Both the position numbers and the translations under genes were made by a program. The notes below the pieces were generated by a model that did not search any database, had not been told where the DNA came from, and worked only from the letters and a program-made list of their open reading frames with translations. From positions 16,492,001 to 16,556,000 of the forward strand of contig NC_092672.1 in NCBI RefSeq assembly GCF_964355755.1: a DNA stretch of 64,000 nt, written 5' to 3'. Of the stretch, positions 1-13,202 are shown piece by piece. This stretch comes from Antedon mediterranea. Taxonomy: Eukaryota; Animalia; Echinodermata. Numbering within the stretch: the stretch's first letter is position 1; every line of letters starts with the position of its first letter.

Positions 1-3000
1 ATCAGCGAGAGAGAGATAGATCAGCGAGAGAGAGAGATAGATCAGCGAGAGATAGATAGATCAGCGAGAGAGAGATAGATCAGCGAGAGAGAGATAGATG
101 AGCGAGAGAGAGATAGATAGATCAGCGAGAGATAGATAGATCAGCAAGAGATAGATAGATCAGCGAGAGAGAGATAGATAGATCAGCGAGAGAGATATAG
201 ATCAGCGAGAGAGATATATATAGATCAGCGAGAGAGAGATAGATCAGCGAGAGAGAAATAGATAGATCAGCGAGAGAGAGAGATAGATAGATCGATCAGC
301 GAGTGAGAGGTAGATAGATCAGCGAGAGAGAGATAGATAGATCAGCGAGAGAGAGAGATAGATCAGCGAGAGATAGATAGATCAGCGAGAGAGAGATAGA
401 TCAACGAGAGAGAGATAGATCAGCGAGAGATAGATAGATCAGCGAGAGAGAGATAGATAGATCAGCGAGAGAGAGATAGATCAGCGAGAGATAGATAGAT
501 CAGCGAGAGAGAGAGATAGATCAGCGGGAGATAGATAGATCAGCGAGAGAGAGATAGATAGATCAGCGAGAGAGAGATAGATAGATCAGCGAGAGAGAGA
601 TAGATAGATCAGCGAGAGAGAGATAGATAGATCAGCGAGAGATAGATAGATCAGCGAGAGAGAGATAGATAGATCAGCGAGAGAGAGATAGATCAGCGAG
701 AGAGAGATAGATAGATCAGCGAGAGAGAGATAGTTAGATCAGCGAGAGAGAGATAGATCAGCGAGAGAGAGATAGATAGATCAGTGAGAGAGAGAGAGAT
801 AGATCAGAGAGAGAGAGATAGATCAGAGAGAGAGAGAGAGATAGATAAGCGAGAGAGAGATAGATCAGCGAGAGAGAGATAGATCAGTGAGAGAGAGATA
901 GATTAGCGAGAGAGAGATAGATCAGCGAGAGAGAGAGATAGATCAGCGAGAGAGAGATAGATCAGCAAGAGAGAGATAGATCAGCGAGAGAGAGATAGAT
1001 CAGCGAGAGAGATAGATCAGCGAGAGAGCGATAGATCAGCGAGAGAGAGAGAGATAGATCAGCGAGAGAGAGATAGATCAGCGAGAGAGAAATAGATCAA
1101 CGAGAGAGATAGATCAGCGAGAGAGAGATAGATCAGCGAAACAGAGATAGATCAGCGAGAGAGATAGATCAGCAAGAGAGAGAGATAGATTAGCGAGTGA
1201 GAGATAGATCAGCCAGAGAGAGATAGATCAGCAAGAGAGAGATAGATCAGCGAGAGAGAGATAGATCAGCGAGAGAGAGATAGATCAGCGAGAGAGAGAT
1301 TGATCAGCGAGAGAGAGATAGATCAGCGAGAGAGAGATTGATCAGCGAGAGAGAGATAGATAGATCAGTGAGAGAGAGAGATAGATCAGCGAGAGAGAGA
1401 GAGATAGATCAGCGAGAGAGAGATAGATAGATCAGCGAGAGAGAGATAGATAGATGAGCGAGAGAGAGAGATAGGTCTGCGAGAGAGAGAGATAGATAGA
1501 TGAGCGAGAGAGAGATAGATGAGCGAGAGAGAGATAGATAGATCAGCGAGAGATAGATAGATCAGCGAGAGAGAGATAGATGAGCGAGAGAGAGATAGAT
1601 AGATCAGCGTGAGATAGATAGATCAGCGAGAGAGAGATAGATAGATCAGCGAGAGAGAGATAGATAGATCAGCGAGAGAGAGAGATAGATAGATCAGCAA
1701 GAGATAGATAGATAGATCAGCGAGAGAGAGATAGATAGATCAGCGAGAGAGAGATAGATCAGTGAGGGAGAGATAGATAGATCAGCGAGAGAGAGATAGA
1801 TAGATCAGCGAGAGATAGATAGATCAGCAAGAGATAGATAGATCAGCGAGAGAGAGATAGATAGATCAGCGAGAGAGATATAGATCAGCGAGAGAGATAT
1901 ATATAGATCAGCGAGAGAGAGATAGATCAGCGAGAGAGAAATAGATAGATCAGCGAGAGAGAGAGATAGATAGATCGATCAGCGAGTGAGAGGTAGATAG
2001 ATCAGCGAGAGAGAGATAGATAGATCAGCGAGAGAGAGAGATAGATCAGCGAGAGATAGATAGATCAGCGAGAGAGAGATAGATCAACGAGAGAGAGATA
2101 GATCAGCGAGAGATAGATAGATCAGCGAGAGAGAGATAGATAGATCAGCGAGAGAGAGATAGATCAGCGAGAGATAGATAGATCAGCGAGAGAGAGAGAT
2201 AGATCAGCGGGAGATAGATAGATCAGCGAGAGAGAGATAGATAGATCAGCGAGAGAGAGATAGATAGATCAGCGAGAGAGAGATAGATAGATCAGCGAGA
2301 GAGAGATAGATAGATCAGCGAGAGATAGATAGATCAGCGAGAGAGAGATAGATAGATCAGCGAGAGAGAGATAGATCAGCGAGAGAGAGATAGATAGATC
2401 AGCGAGAGAGAGATAGTTAGATCAGCGAGAGAGAGATAGATCAGCGAGAGAGAGATAGATAGATCAGTGAGAGAGAGAGAGATAGATCAGAGAGAGAGAG
2501 ATAGATCAGAGAGAGAGAGAGAGATAGATAAGCGAGAGAGAGATAGATCAGCGAGAGAGAGATAGATCAGTGAGAGAGAGATAGATTAGCGAGAGAGAGA
2601 TAGATCAGCGAGAGAGAGAGATAGATCAGCGAGAGAGAGATAGATCAGCAAGAGAGAGATAGATCAGCGAGAGAGAGATAGATCAGCGAGAGAGATAGAT
2701 CAGCGAGAGAGCGATAGATCAGCGAGAGAGAGAGAGATAGATCAGCGAGAGAGAGATAGATCAGCGAGAGAGAAATAGATCAACGAGAGAGATAGATCAG
2801 CGAGAGAGAGATAGATCAGCGAAACAGAGATAGATCAGCGAGAGAGATAGATCAGCAAGAGAGAGAGATAGATTAGCGAGTGAGAGATAGATCAGCCAGA
2901 GAGAGATAGATCAGCAAGAGAGAGATAGATCAGCGAGAGAGAGATAGATCAGCGAGAGAGAGATAGATCAGCGAGAGAGAGATTGATCAGCGAGAGAGAG

Positions 3001-6000
3001 ATAGATCAGCGAGAGAGAGATTGATCAGCGAGAGAGAGATAGATAGATCAGTGAGAGAGAGAGATAGATCAGCGAGAGAGAGAGAGATAGATCAGCGAGA
3101 GAGAGATAGATAGATCAGCGAGAGAGAGATAGATAGATGAGCGAGAGAGAGAGATAGGTCTGCGAGAGAGAGAGATAGATAGATGAGCGAGAGAGAGATA
3201 GATGAGCGAGAGAGAGATAGATAGATCAGCGAGAGATAGATAGATCAGCGAGAGAGAGATAGATGAGCGAGAGAGAGATAGATAGATCAGCGTGAGATAG
3301 ATAGATCAGCGAGAGAGAGATAGATAGATCAGCGAGAGAGAGATAGATAGATCAGCGAGAGAGAGAGATAGATAGATCAGCAAGAGATAGATAGATAGAT
3401 CAGCGAGAGAGAGATAGATAGATCAGCGAGAGAGAGATAGATCAGTGAGGGAGAGATAGATAGATCAGCGAGAGAGAGATAGATAGATCTGCGAGAGAGA
3501 GATAGATCGGGGAGAAATAGATAGATCAGTGAGAGAGAGATAGATCAGCGAGAGAGAGATAGATCAACGAGAGAGAGATAGATCAGCGAGAGAGAGATAG
3601 ATCAGCGAGAGATAGATAGATCAGCGAGAGAGAGATAGATCAGCGAGAGAGAGAGATAGATCAGCGAGAGAGATAGATCAGCGAGAGAGAGATAGATCAG
3701 CGAGAGATAGATTGATCAGCGAGAGAGAGATAGATAGATCAGCGAGAGAGAGATAGATAGATCAGCGAGAGAGAGATAGATAGATCAGCGAGAGAGAGAT
3801 AGATAGATCAGCGAGGGAGAGATAGATAGATCAGCGAGAGAGAGATAGATCAGCGAGAGAGAGACATATCAGCGAGAGAGAGATAGATCAGCGAGAGAGA
3901 GATAGATAGATCAGCGAGAGAGAGATAGATCAGCGGGAGAGAGATAGATCAGCGAGAGAGAGATAGATCAGCGAGAGAGAGATAGATCAGCGAGAGAGAG
4001 ATATATCAGCGAGAGAGAGATAGATCAGCGAGAGAGAGATAGATCAGCGAGAGAGAGATAGATCAGCGAGAGAGAGATAGATCAGCGAGAGATAGATAAA
4101 TCAGCGAGAGAGAGATAGATCAGCGAGAGAGAGATAGATTGATCAGCGAGAGAGAGAGATAGATAGATCAGCGAGAGATAGATCGATCAGCGAGAGAGAG
4201 ATAGATCAGCGAGAGAGAGATAGATCAGCGAGAGAGAGATAGATCAGCGAGAGATAGATAGATCAGCGAGAAAGAGATAGATCAGCGAGAGAGAGAGATA
4301 GATCAGCGAGAGATAGATAGATCAGCGAGAGAGAGATAGATCAGCGAGAGAGAGATAGATGAGCGAGAGAGAGATAGATAGATCAGCGAGAGATAGATAG
4401 ATCAGCAAGAGATAGATAGATCAGCGAGAGAGAGATAGATAGATCAGCGAGAGAGATATAGATCAGCGAGAGAGATATATATAGATCAGCGAGAGAGAGA
4501 TAGATCAGCGAGAGAGAAATAGATAGATCAGCGAGAGAGAGAGATAGATAGATCGATCAGCGAGTGAGAGGTAGATAGATCAGCGAGAGAGAGATAGATA
4601 GATCAGCGAGAGAGAGAGATAGATCAGCGAGAGATAGATAGATCAGCGAGAGAGAGATAGATCAACGAGAGAGAGATAGATCAGCGAGAGATAGATAGAT
4701 CAGCGAGAGAGAGATAGATAGATCAGCGAGAGAGAGATAGATCAGCGAGAGATAGATAGATCAGCGAGAGAGAGAGATAGATCAGCGGGAGATAGATAGA
4801 TCAGCGAGAGAGAGATAGATAGATCAGCGAGAGAGAGATAGATAGATCAGCGAGAGAGAGATAGATAGATCAGCGAGAGAGAGATAGATAGATCAGCGAG
4901 AGATAGATAGATCAGCGAGAGAGAGATAGATAGATCAGCGAGAGAGAGATAGATAGATCAGCGAGAGAGATAGATCAGCGAGAGAGAGATAGATAGATCA
5001 GCGAGAGAGAGATAGATCAGCGAGAGAGAGATAGATAGATCAGCGAGAGAGAGATAGATAGATCAGCGAGAGAGAGATAGATCAGCGAGAGAGAGAGAGA
5101 TAGATCAGCGAGAGAGAGAGATAGATAAGCGAGAGAGAGAGATAGATCAGCGAGAGAGATATAGATCAGCGAGAGAGAGATAGATCAGCGAGAGAGAGAT
5201 AGATCAGCGAGAGAGAGAGAGATAGATCAGAGAGAAAGAGAGATAGATCAGCGAGAGAGAGATAGATCAGCGTGAGAGAGATAGATCAGCGAGAGAGAGA
5301 TCAGCGAGAGAGAGAGAGATAGATCAGCGAGAGACAGATAGATCAGCGAGAGAGAGATAGATCAGCGAGAGAGAGATAGATCAGCGAGAGACCGAGATAG
5401 ATCAGAGAGAGATAGATCCGCGAGAGAGAGATAGATCAGCGAGAGAGAGATAGATCAGCGAGAGAATGATAGATCAGCGATAGAGAGATAGATCAGCGAG
5501 AGAGAGATAGATCAGCGAGAGAGAGATAGATCAGCGAGAGAGAGATAGATAGATCAGCGAGAGAGAGATAGATAGATCAGCGAGAGAGAGATAGATCAGC
5601 GAGAGAGAGAGAGAGATAGATCAGCGAGAGAGAGAGATAGATCAGCGAGAGAGAGAGAGAGATAGATCAGCGAGAGAGAGATATGTCAGCGAGAGAGAGA
5701 GATAGATCAGTGAGAGAGAGATAGATCAGTGAGAGAGAGAGAGAGATAGATCAGAGAGAGAGAGAGATAGATCAGCGAGAGAGAGATAGATCAGCGAGAG
5801 AGAGAGAGATCAGCGAGAGAGAGATCAGCGAGAGAGAGAGAGAGAGAGATAGATCAGCGAGAGACAGATAGATCAGCGAGAGAGAGATAGATCAGCGAGA
5901 GAGAGATAGATCAGCGAGAGACAGAGATAGATCAGAGAGAGATAGATCAGGGAGAGAGAGATAGATCAGCGAGAGAGAGATAGATCAGCGAGAGAGTGAT

Positions 6001-9000
6001 AGATCAGCGATAGAGAGATAGATCAGCGAGGGAGAGATAGATCAGCGAGAGAGAGATAGATCAGCGAGAGAGACAGATCAGCGAGAGAGAGTTAGATCAG
6101 CGAGAGAGAGAGATAGATAGATCAGCGAGAGAGATAGATCAGCGAGAGAGAGATAGATCAGCGAGAGAGAGATAGATCAGCGAGAGAGATAGATAGATCA
6201 GCGAGAGAGAGATAGATCAGCGAGAGAGAGATAGATCAGCGAGAGAGAGATAGAAAGATCAGCGAGTGAGAGATAGATAGATCAGCGAGAGAGAGATAGA
6301 TCTGCGACAGAGAGATAGATAGATGAGCGAGAGAGAGATAGATGAGTGAAAGAGAGATAGATAGATCAGCGAGAGATAGATAGATCAGCGAGAGAGAGAT
6401 AGATGAGCGAGAGAGAGATAGATAGATGAGCGAGAGATAGATAGATCAGCGAGAGAGATAGATAGATAAGCGAGAGAGAGATAGATCAGTGAGAGAGATA
6501 TATAGATCAGCGAGAGAGAGATATATCAGCGAGAGAGAGATCGTTAGATCAGCGAGAGAGAGAGAGATAGATAGATCAGCGAGAGAGTGGTAGATAGATC
6601 AGCAAGAGAGAGATAGATAGATCAGCGAGAGAGAGATAGATCAGCGAGAGATAGATAGATCAGCGAGAGAGAGATAGATCAACGAGAGAGAGATAGATCA
6701 GCGAGAGAGAGATAGATCAGCGAGAGAGAAATAGATCAGCGAGAGAGAGATAGATCAGCGAGAGTGAGATATATCAGCGAGAGAGAGATAGATCAGCGAG
6801 AGAGAGATAGATCAGCAAGAGAGAGATAGATCAGCGAGAGAGAGATAGATCAGCGAGAGAGAGATAGATAGATCAGCAAGAGAGAGAGAGATAGATCAGC
6901 GAGAGAGAGATAGATCAGCGAGAGAGAGATAGATAGATCAGCGAGAGAGAGATAGTTAGATCAGCGAGAGAGAGATAGATCAGCGAGAGAGAGATAGATA
7001 GATCAGCGAGAGAGAGAGAGATAGATCAGAGAGAGAGAGATAGATCAGAGAGAGAGAGATAGATCAGCGAGAGAGAGATAGATCAGCGAGAGAGAGATAG
7101 ATCAGTGAGAGAGAGATAGATCAGCGAGAGAGAGATAGATCAGCGAGAGAGAGATAGATCAGCGAGAGAGAGATAGATCAGCAAGAGAGAGATAGATCAG
7201 CGAGAGAGAGATAGATCAGCGAGAGAGATAGATCAGCGAGAGAGCGATAGATCAGCGAGAGAGATAGAGATAGATCAGCGAGAGAGAGAGAGATCAGCGA
7301 GAGAGGAATAGATCAACGAGAGAGAGATAGATCAGCGAGAGAGAGATAGATCAGCGAGACAGAGATAGATCAGCGAGAGAGAGATAGATCAGCAAGAGAG
7401 AGAGATAGATTAGCGAGAGAGAGATAGATCAGCGAGAGAGAGCTAGATCAGCAAGAGAGAGATAGATCAGCGAGAGAGAGATAGATCAGCGAGAGAGAGA
7501 TAGATCAGCGAGAGAGAGATTGATCAGCGAGAGAGAGATAGATCAGCGAGAGAGAGATAGATCAGCAAGAGAGAAATAGATCAACGAGAGAGAGATAGAT
7601 CAGCGAGAGAGAGAGATAGATCAGCGAGACAGAGATAGATCAGCGAGAGAGATATAGATCAGCAAGAGAGAGAGATAGATTAGCGAGAGAGATAGATCAG
7701 CGAGAGAGAGATAGATCAGCAAGAGAGAGATAGATCAGCGAGAGAGAGAGATAGATCAGCGAGAGAGATAGATCAGCGAGAGAGAGATTGATCAGCGAGA
7801 GAGAGATAGATCAGCGAGAGAGAGATTGATCAGCGCGAGAGAGATAGATCAGCGAGAGAGAGATAGATCAGCGAGAGAGAGATATATCAGCGAGAGAGAG
7901 ATAGATCAGCGAGAGGAGAGATACATCAACGAGAGAGAGATAGATCAGCGAGAGAGATAGAGATAGATAGATCAGCGAGAGAGAGATAGATAGATCAGCG
8001 AGAGAGAGATAAATAGATCAGCGAGAGAGAGAGATAGATAGATCAGCGAGAGAGATAGATAGATCAGCGAGAGAGAGAGAGAGAGATAGATAGATCAGCG
8101 AGAGAGATAGATCAGCGAGAGAGAGAGAGATAGAACAGGGAGAGAGAGATAGATCAGCGAGAGAGAGATAGATCAGCGAGAGACAGAGATAGATCAGAGA
8201 GAGATAGATCAGCGAGAGAGAGATAGATCAGCGAGAGAGAGATAGATCAGCGAGAGAGTGATAGATCAGCGATAGAGAGATAGATCAGCGAGAGAGAGAT
8301 AGATCAGCGAGAGAGAGATAGATCAGCGAGAGAGAGATAGATCAGCGAGAGAGAGTTAGATAGATCAGCGAGAGAGAGAAAGATAGATAGATCAGCGAGA
8401 GAGAGATAGATAGATCAGCGAGAGAGAGATAGATCAGCGAGAGAGAGATAGATAGATCAGCGAGAGAGAGATAGTTAGATCAGCGAGAGAGAGAGATAGA
8501 TCAGCGAGAGAGAGAGATAGATTGATCAGCGAGAGAGAGAGATAGATAGATCAGAGAGAGAGAGATAGATCAGAGAGAGAGAGATAGATCAGCGAGAGAG
8601 AGAGAGATAGATCAGCGAGAGAGAGATAGATCAGTGAGAGAGAGATAGATCAGCGAGAGAAAGATAGATCAGCGAGAGAGAGATAGATCAGCGAGAGAGA
8701 GATAGATCAGCAAGAGAGAGATAGATCAGCGAGAAAGAGATAGATCAGAGAGAGAGAGATAGATCGGCGAAAGAGAGATAGATCAGCGTGAGAGAGATAG
8801 ATCAGCGAGAGAGAGATCAGCGAGAGAGAGAGAGATAGATCAGCGAGAGACAGATAGATCAGCGAGAGAGAGATAGATCAGCGAGAGAGAGATAGATCAG
8901 CGAGAGACCAAGATAGATCAGAGAGAGATAGATCCGCGAGAGAGAGATAGATCAGCGAGAGAGAGATAGATCAGCGAGAGAGTGATAGATCAGCGATAGA

Positions 9001-12000
9001 GAGATAGATCAGCGAGAGAGAGATAGATCAGCGAGAGAGAGATAGATCAGTGAGAGAGAGATAGATAGATCAGCGAGAGAGAGATAGATAGATCAGCGAT
9101 AGAGAGATAGATCAGCGAGAGAGAGAGAGAGATAGATCAGCGAGAGAGAGAGATAGATCAGCGAGAGAGAGAGAGATAGATCAGCGAGAGAGAGATATAT
9201 CAGCGAGAGAGAGATAGATCAGTGAGAGAGAGATAGATCAGCGAGAGAGAGAGAGATAGATCAGAGAGAGAGAGAGATAGATCAGCGAGAGAGAGATAGA
9301 TCAGCAAGAGAGAGATAGATCAGCGAGAGAGAGATCAGCGAGAGAGAGAGAGAGATAGATCAGCGAGAGAGAGATAGATCAGCGAGAGAGAGATAGATCA
9401 GCGAGAGAGAGATAGATCAGCGAGAGACAGAGATAGATCAGAGAGAGATAGATCAGGGAGAGAGAGATAGATCAGCGAGAGAGAGATAGATCAGCGAGAG
9501 AGTGATAGATCAGCGATAGAGAGATAGATCAGCGAGATAGAGATAGATCAGCGAGAGAGAGATAGATCAGCGAGAGAGACAGATCAGCGAGAGAGAGTTA
9601 GATCAGCGAGAGAGAGAGATAGATAGATCAGCGAGAGAGATAGATCAGCGAGAGAGAGATAGATCAGCGAGAGAGAGATAGATCAGCGAGAGAGATAGAT
9701 AGATCAGCGAGAGAGAGATAGATCAGCGAGAGAGAGATAGATCAGCGAGAGAGAAATAGATAGATCAGCGAGAGAGAGAGATAGATCTGCGACAGAGAGA
9801 TAGATAGATGAGCGAGAGAGAGATAGATGAGCGAAAGAGAGATAGATAGATCAGCGAGAGATAGATAGATCAGCGAGAGAGAGATAGATGAGCGAGAGAG
9901 AGATAGATAGATGAGCGAGAGATAGATAGATCAGCGAGAGAGAGATATATCAGCGAGAGAGAGAGATCGTTAGATCAGCGAGAGAGAGAGAGATAGATAG
10001 ATCAGCGAGAGAGTGGTAGATAGATCAGCAAGTGAGAGAGAGATAGATCAGTGAGAGAGATATATAGATCAGCGAGAGAGAGATATATCAGCGAGAGAGA
10101 GATCGTTAGATCAGCGAGAGAGAGAGAGAGAGATAGATAGATCAGCGAGAGAGTGGTAGATAGATCAGCAAGAGAGAGATAGATAGATCAGCGAGAGAGA
10201 GATAGATCAACGAGAGAGAGATAGATCAGCGAGAGAGAGATAGATCAGCGAGAGAGAAATAGATCAGCGAGAGAGAGATAGATCAGCGAGAGTGAGATAT
10301 ATCAGCGAGAGAGAGATAGATCAGCGAGAGAGAGATAGATCAGCGAGAGAGAGATAGATCAGCGAGAGAGAGATAGATAGATAAGCGAGAGAGAGAGAGA
10401 GAGATCAGCGAGAGAGAGATAGATCAGCGAGAGAGAGATAGATAGATCAGCGAGAGAGAGATAGTTAGATCAGCGAGAGAGAGATAGATCAGCGAGAGAG
10501 AGATAGATAGATCAGCGAGAGAGAGAGATAGATCAGAGAGAGAGAGATAGATCAGAGAGAGAGAGATAGATCAGCGAGAGAGAGATAGATCAGCGAGAGA
10601 GAGATAGATCAGTGAGAGAGAGATAGATCAGCGAGAGAGAGATAGATCAGCGAGAGAGAGATAGATCAGCGAGAGAGAGAGATAGATCAGCAAGAGAGAG
10701 ATAGATCAGCGAGAGAGAGATAGATCAGCGAGAGAGATAGATCAGCGAGAGAGCGATAGATCAGCGAGAGAGAGAGAGATCAGCGAGAGAGAGAGAGATC
10801 AGCGAGAGAGGAATAGATCAACGAGAGAGAGATAGATCAGCGAGAGAGAGATAGATCAGCGAGACAGAGATAGATCAGCGAGAGAGAGATAGATCAGCAA
10901 GAGAGAGAGATAGATTAGCGAGAGAGAGATAGATCAGCGAGAGAGAGCTAGATCAGCAAGAGAGAGATAGATCAGCGAGAGAGAGATAGATCAGCGAGAG
11001 AGAGATAGATCAGCGAGAGAGAGATTGATCAGCGAGAGAGAGATAGATCAGCGAGAGAGAGATTGATCAGCGAGAGAGAGATAGATCAGCGAGAAAGAGA
11101 TAGATCAGCGAGAGAGAGTTAGATAGATCAGCGAGAGAGAGAAAGATAGATAGATCAGCGAGAGAGATAGATAGATCAGCGAGAGAGAAAGATAGATCAG
11201 CGAGAGAGATAGATCAGCGAGAGAGAGAGATAGATAGATCAGCGAGAGAGAGATAGTTAGATCAGCGAGAGAGAGAGATAGATCAGCGAGAGAGAGATAG
11301 ATTGATCAGCGAGAGAGAGAGATAGATCAGAGAGAGAGAGATAGATCAGAGAGAGAGAGATAGATCAGCGAGAGAGAGAGATAGATCAGCGAGAGAGAGA
11401 TAGATCAGTGAGAGAGATAGATCAGCGAGAGAGAGATAGATCAGCGAGAGAGAGATTGAACAGCGAGAGAGAGATAGATCAGCAAGAGAGAGATAGATCA
11501 GCGAGAGAGAGATAGATCAGCGAGAGAGATAGATCAGCGAGAGAGCTATAGATCAGAGAGAGAGAGAGATAGATCAGAGAGAGAGAGAGATAGATCAGCG
11601 AGAGAGAGATAGATCAGCGAGAGAGAAATAGATCAACGAGAGAGAGATAGATAAGCGAGAGAGAGATAGATCAGCGAGACAGAGATAGATCAGCGAGAGA
11701 GAGATAGATCAGCAAGAGAGAGAGATAGATCAGCGAGAGAGAGATAGATTAGCGAGAGAGAGATAGATCAGCAAGAGAGAGATAGATCAGCGAGAGAGAG
11801 ATAGATCAGCGAGAGAGAGATTGATCAGCGAGAGAGAGATTGATCAGCGAGAGAGAGAAAGATCAGCGAGAGAGAGATTGATCAGCGAGAGAGAGATAGA
11901 TCAGCGAGAGAGAGATAGATCAGCGCGAGAGAGATAGATCAGCGAGAGAGAGATAGATCAGCGAGAGAGAGATAGATCAGCGAGAGAGAGATAGATCAGC

Positions 12001-13169
12001 GAGAGAGAGATTGAACAGCGAGAGAGAGATAGATCAGCAAGAGAGAGATAGATCAGCGAGAGAGAGATAGATCAGCGAGAGAGATAGATCAGCGAGAGAG
12101 CTATAGATCAGAGAGAGAGAGAGAGAGAGAGATAGATCAGCGAGAGAGAGATAGATCAGCGAGAGAGAAATAGATCAACGAGAGAGAGATACATCAGCGA
12201 GAGAGAGATAGATCAGCGAGACAGAGATAGATCAGCGAGAGAGAGATAGATCAGCAAGAGAGAGAGATAGATCAGCGAGAAAGAGATAGATCAGCGAGAG
12301 AGAGATAGATCAGTGAGACAGAGATAGATCAGCGAGAGAGAGATAGATCAGCAAGAGAGAGAGATAGATCAGCGAGAGAGAGATAGATCAGCGAGAGAGA
12401 GAGAGATAGATAAGCGAGAGAGAGAGATAGATCAGCGAGAGAGAGATAGATCAGCGAGAGAGAGATAGGTCAGCGAGAGAGAGATAGATCAGCGAGAGAG
12501 AGATAGATCACCGAAGGAGAGATAGATCAGCGAGAGAGAGATAGATCAGTGAGAGAGAGATAGATCAGCGAGAGAGAGAGATAGATCAGCGAGAGAGAGA
12601 TAGATCAGCGAGAAAGAGATATATCAGCGAGAGAGAGATAGATCAGCGAGAGCGAGATAGATCAGCGAGAGAGAGATAGATCAGCGAGACAGAGATAGAT
12701 CAGCGAGAGAGAGATAGATCAGTGAGAGAGAGAGAGAGATAGATCAGCGAGAGAGAGAAAGATCAGCGAGAGAGAGATAGATCAGCAAGAGAGAGATAGA
12801 TCAGCGCGAGAGAGATAGATCAGCGAGAGAGAGATAGATCAGCGAGAGAGAGATTGATCAGCGAGAGAGAGATAGATCAGCGAGAGAGAGAGATTGATCA
12901 GCGAGAGAGAGATAGATCAGCGAGAGAGAGATAGATCAGCGTGAGAGAGATAGATCAGCGAGAGAGAGATAGATCAGCGAGAGAGAGATAGATCAGCGAG
13001 AGAGAGATAGATCAGAGAGAGGAGAGATAGATCAGCGAGAGAGAGATAGATCAGTGAGAGAGATAGAGATAGATAGATCAGCGACAGAGAGATAGATAGA
13101 TCAGCGAGAGAGAGAGATAGATAGATCAGCGAGAGAGAGATAGATAGATCAGCGAGAGAGATAGATAGA

Positions 13170-13202
<33 letters not shown>

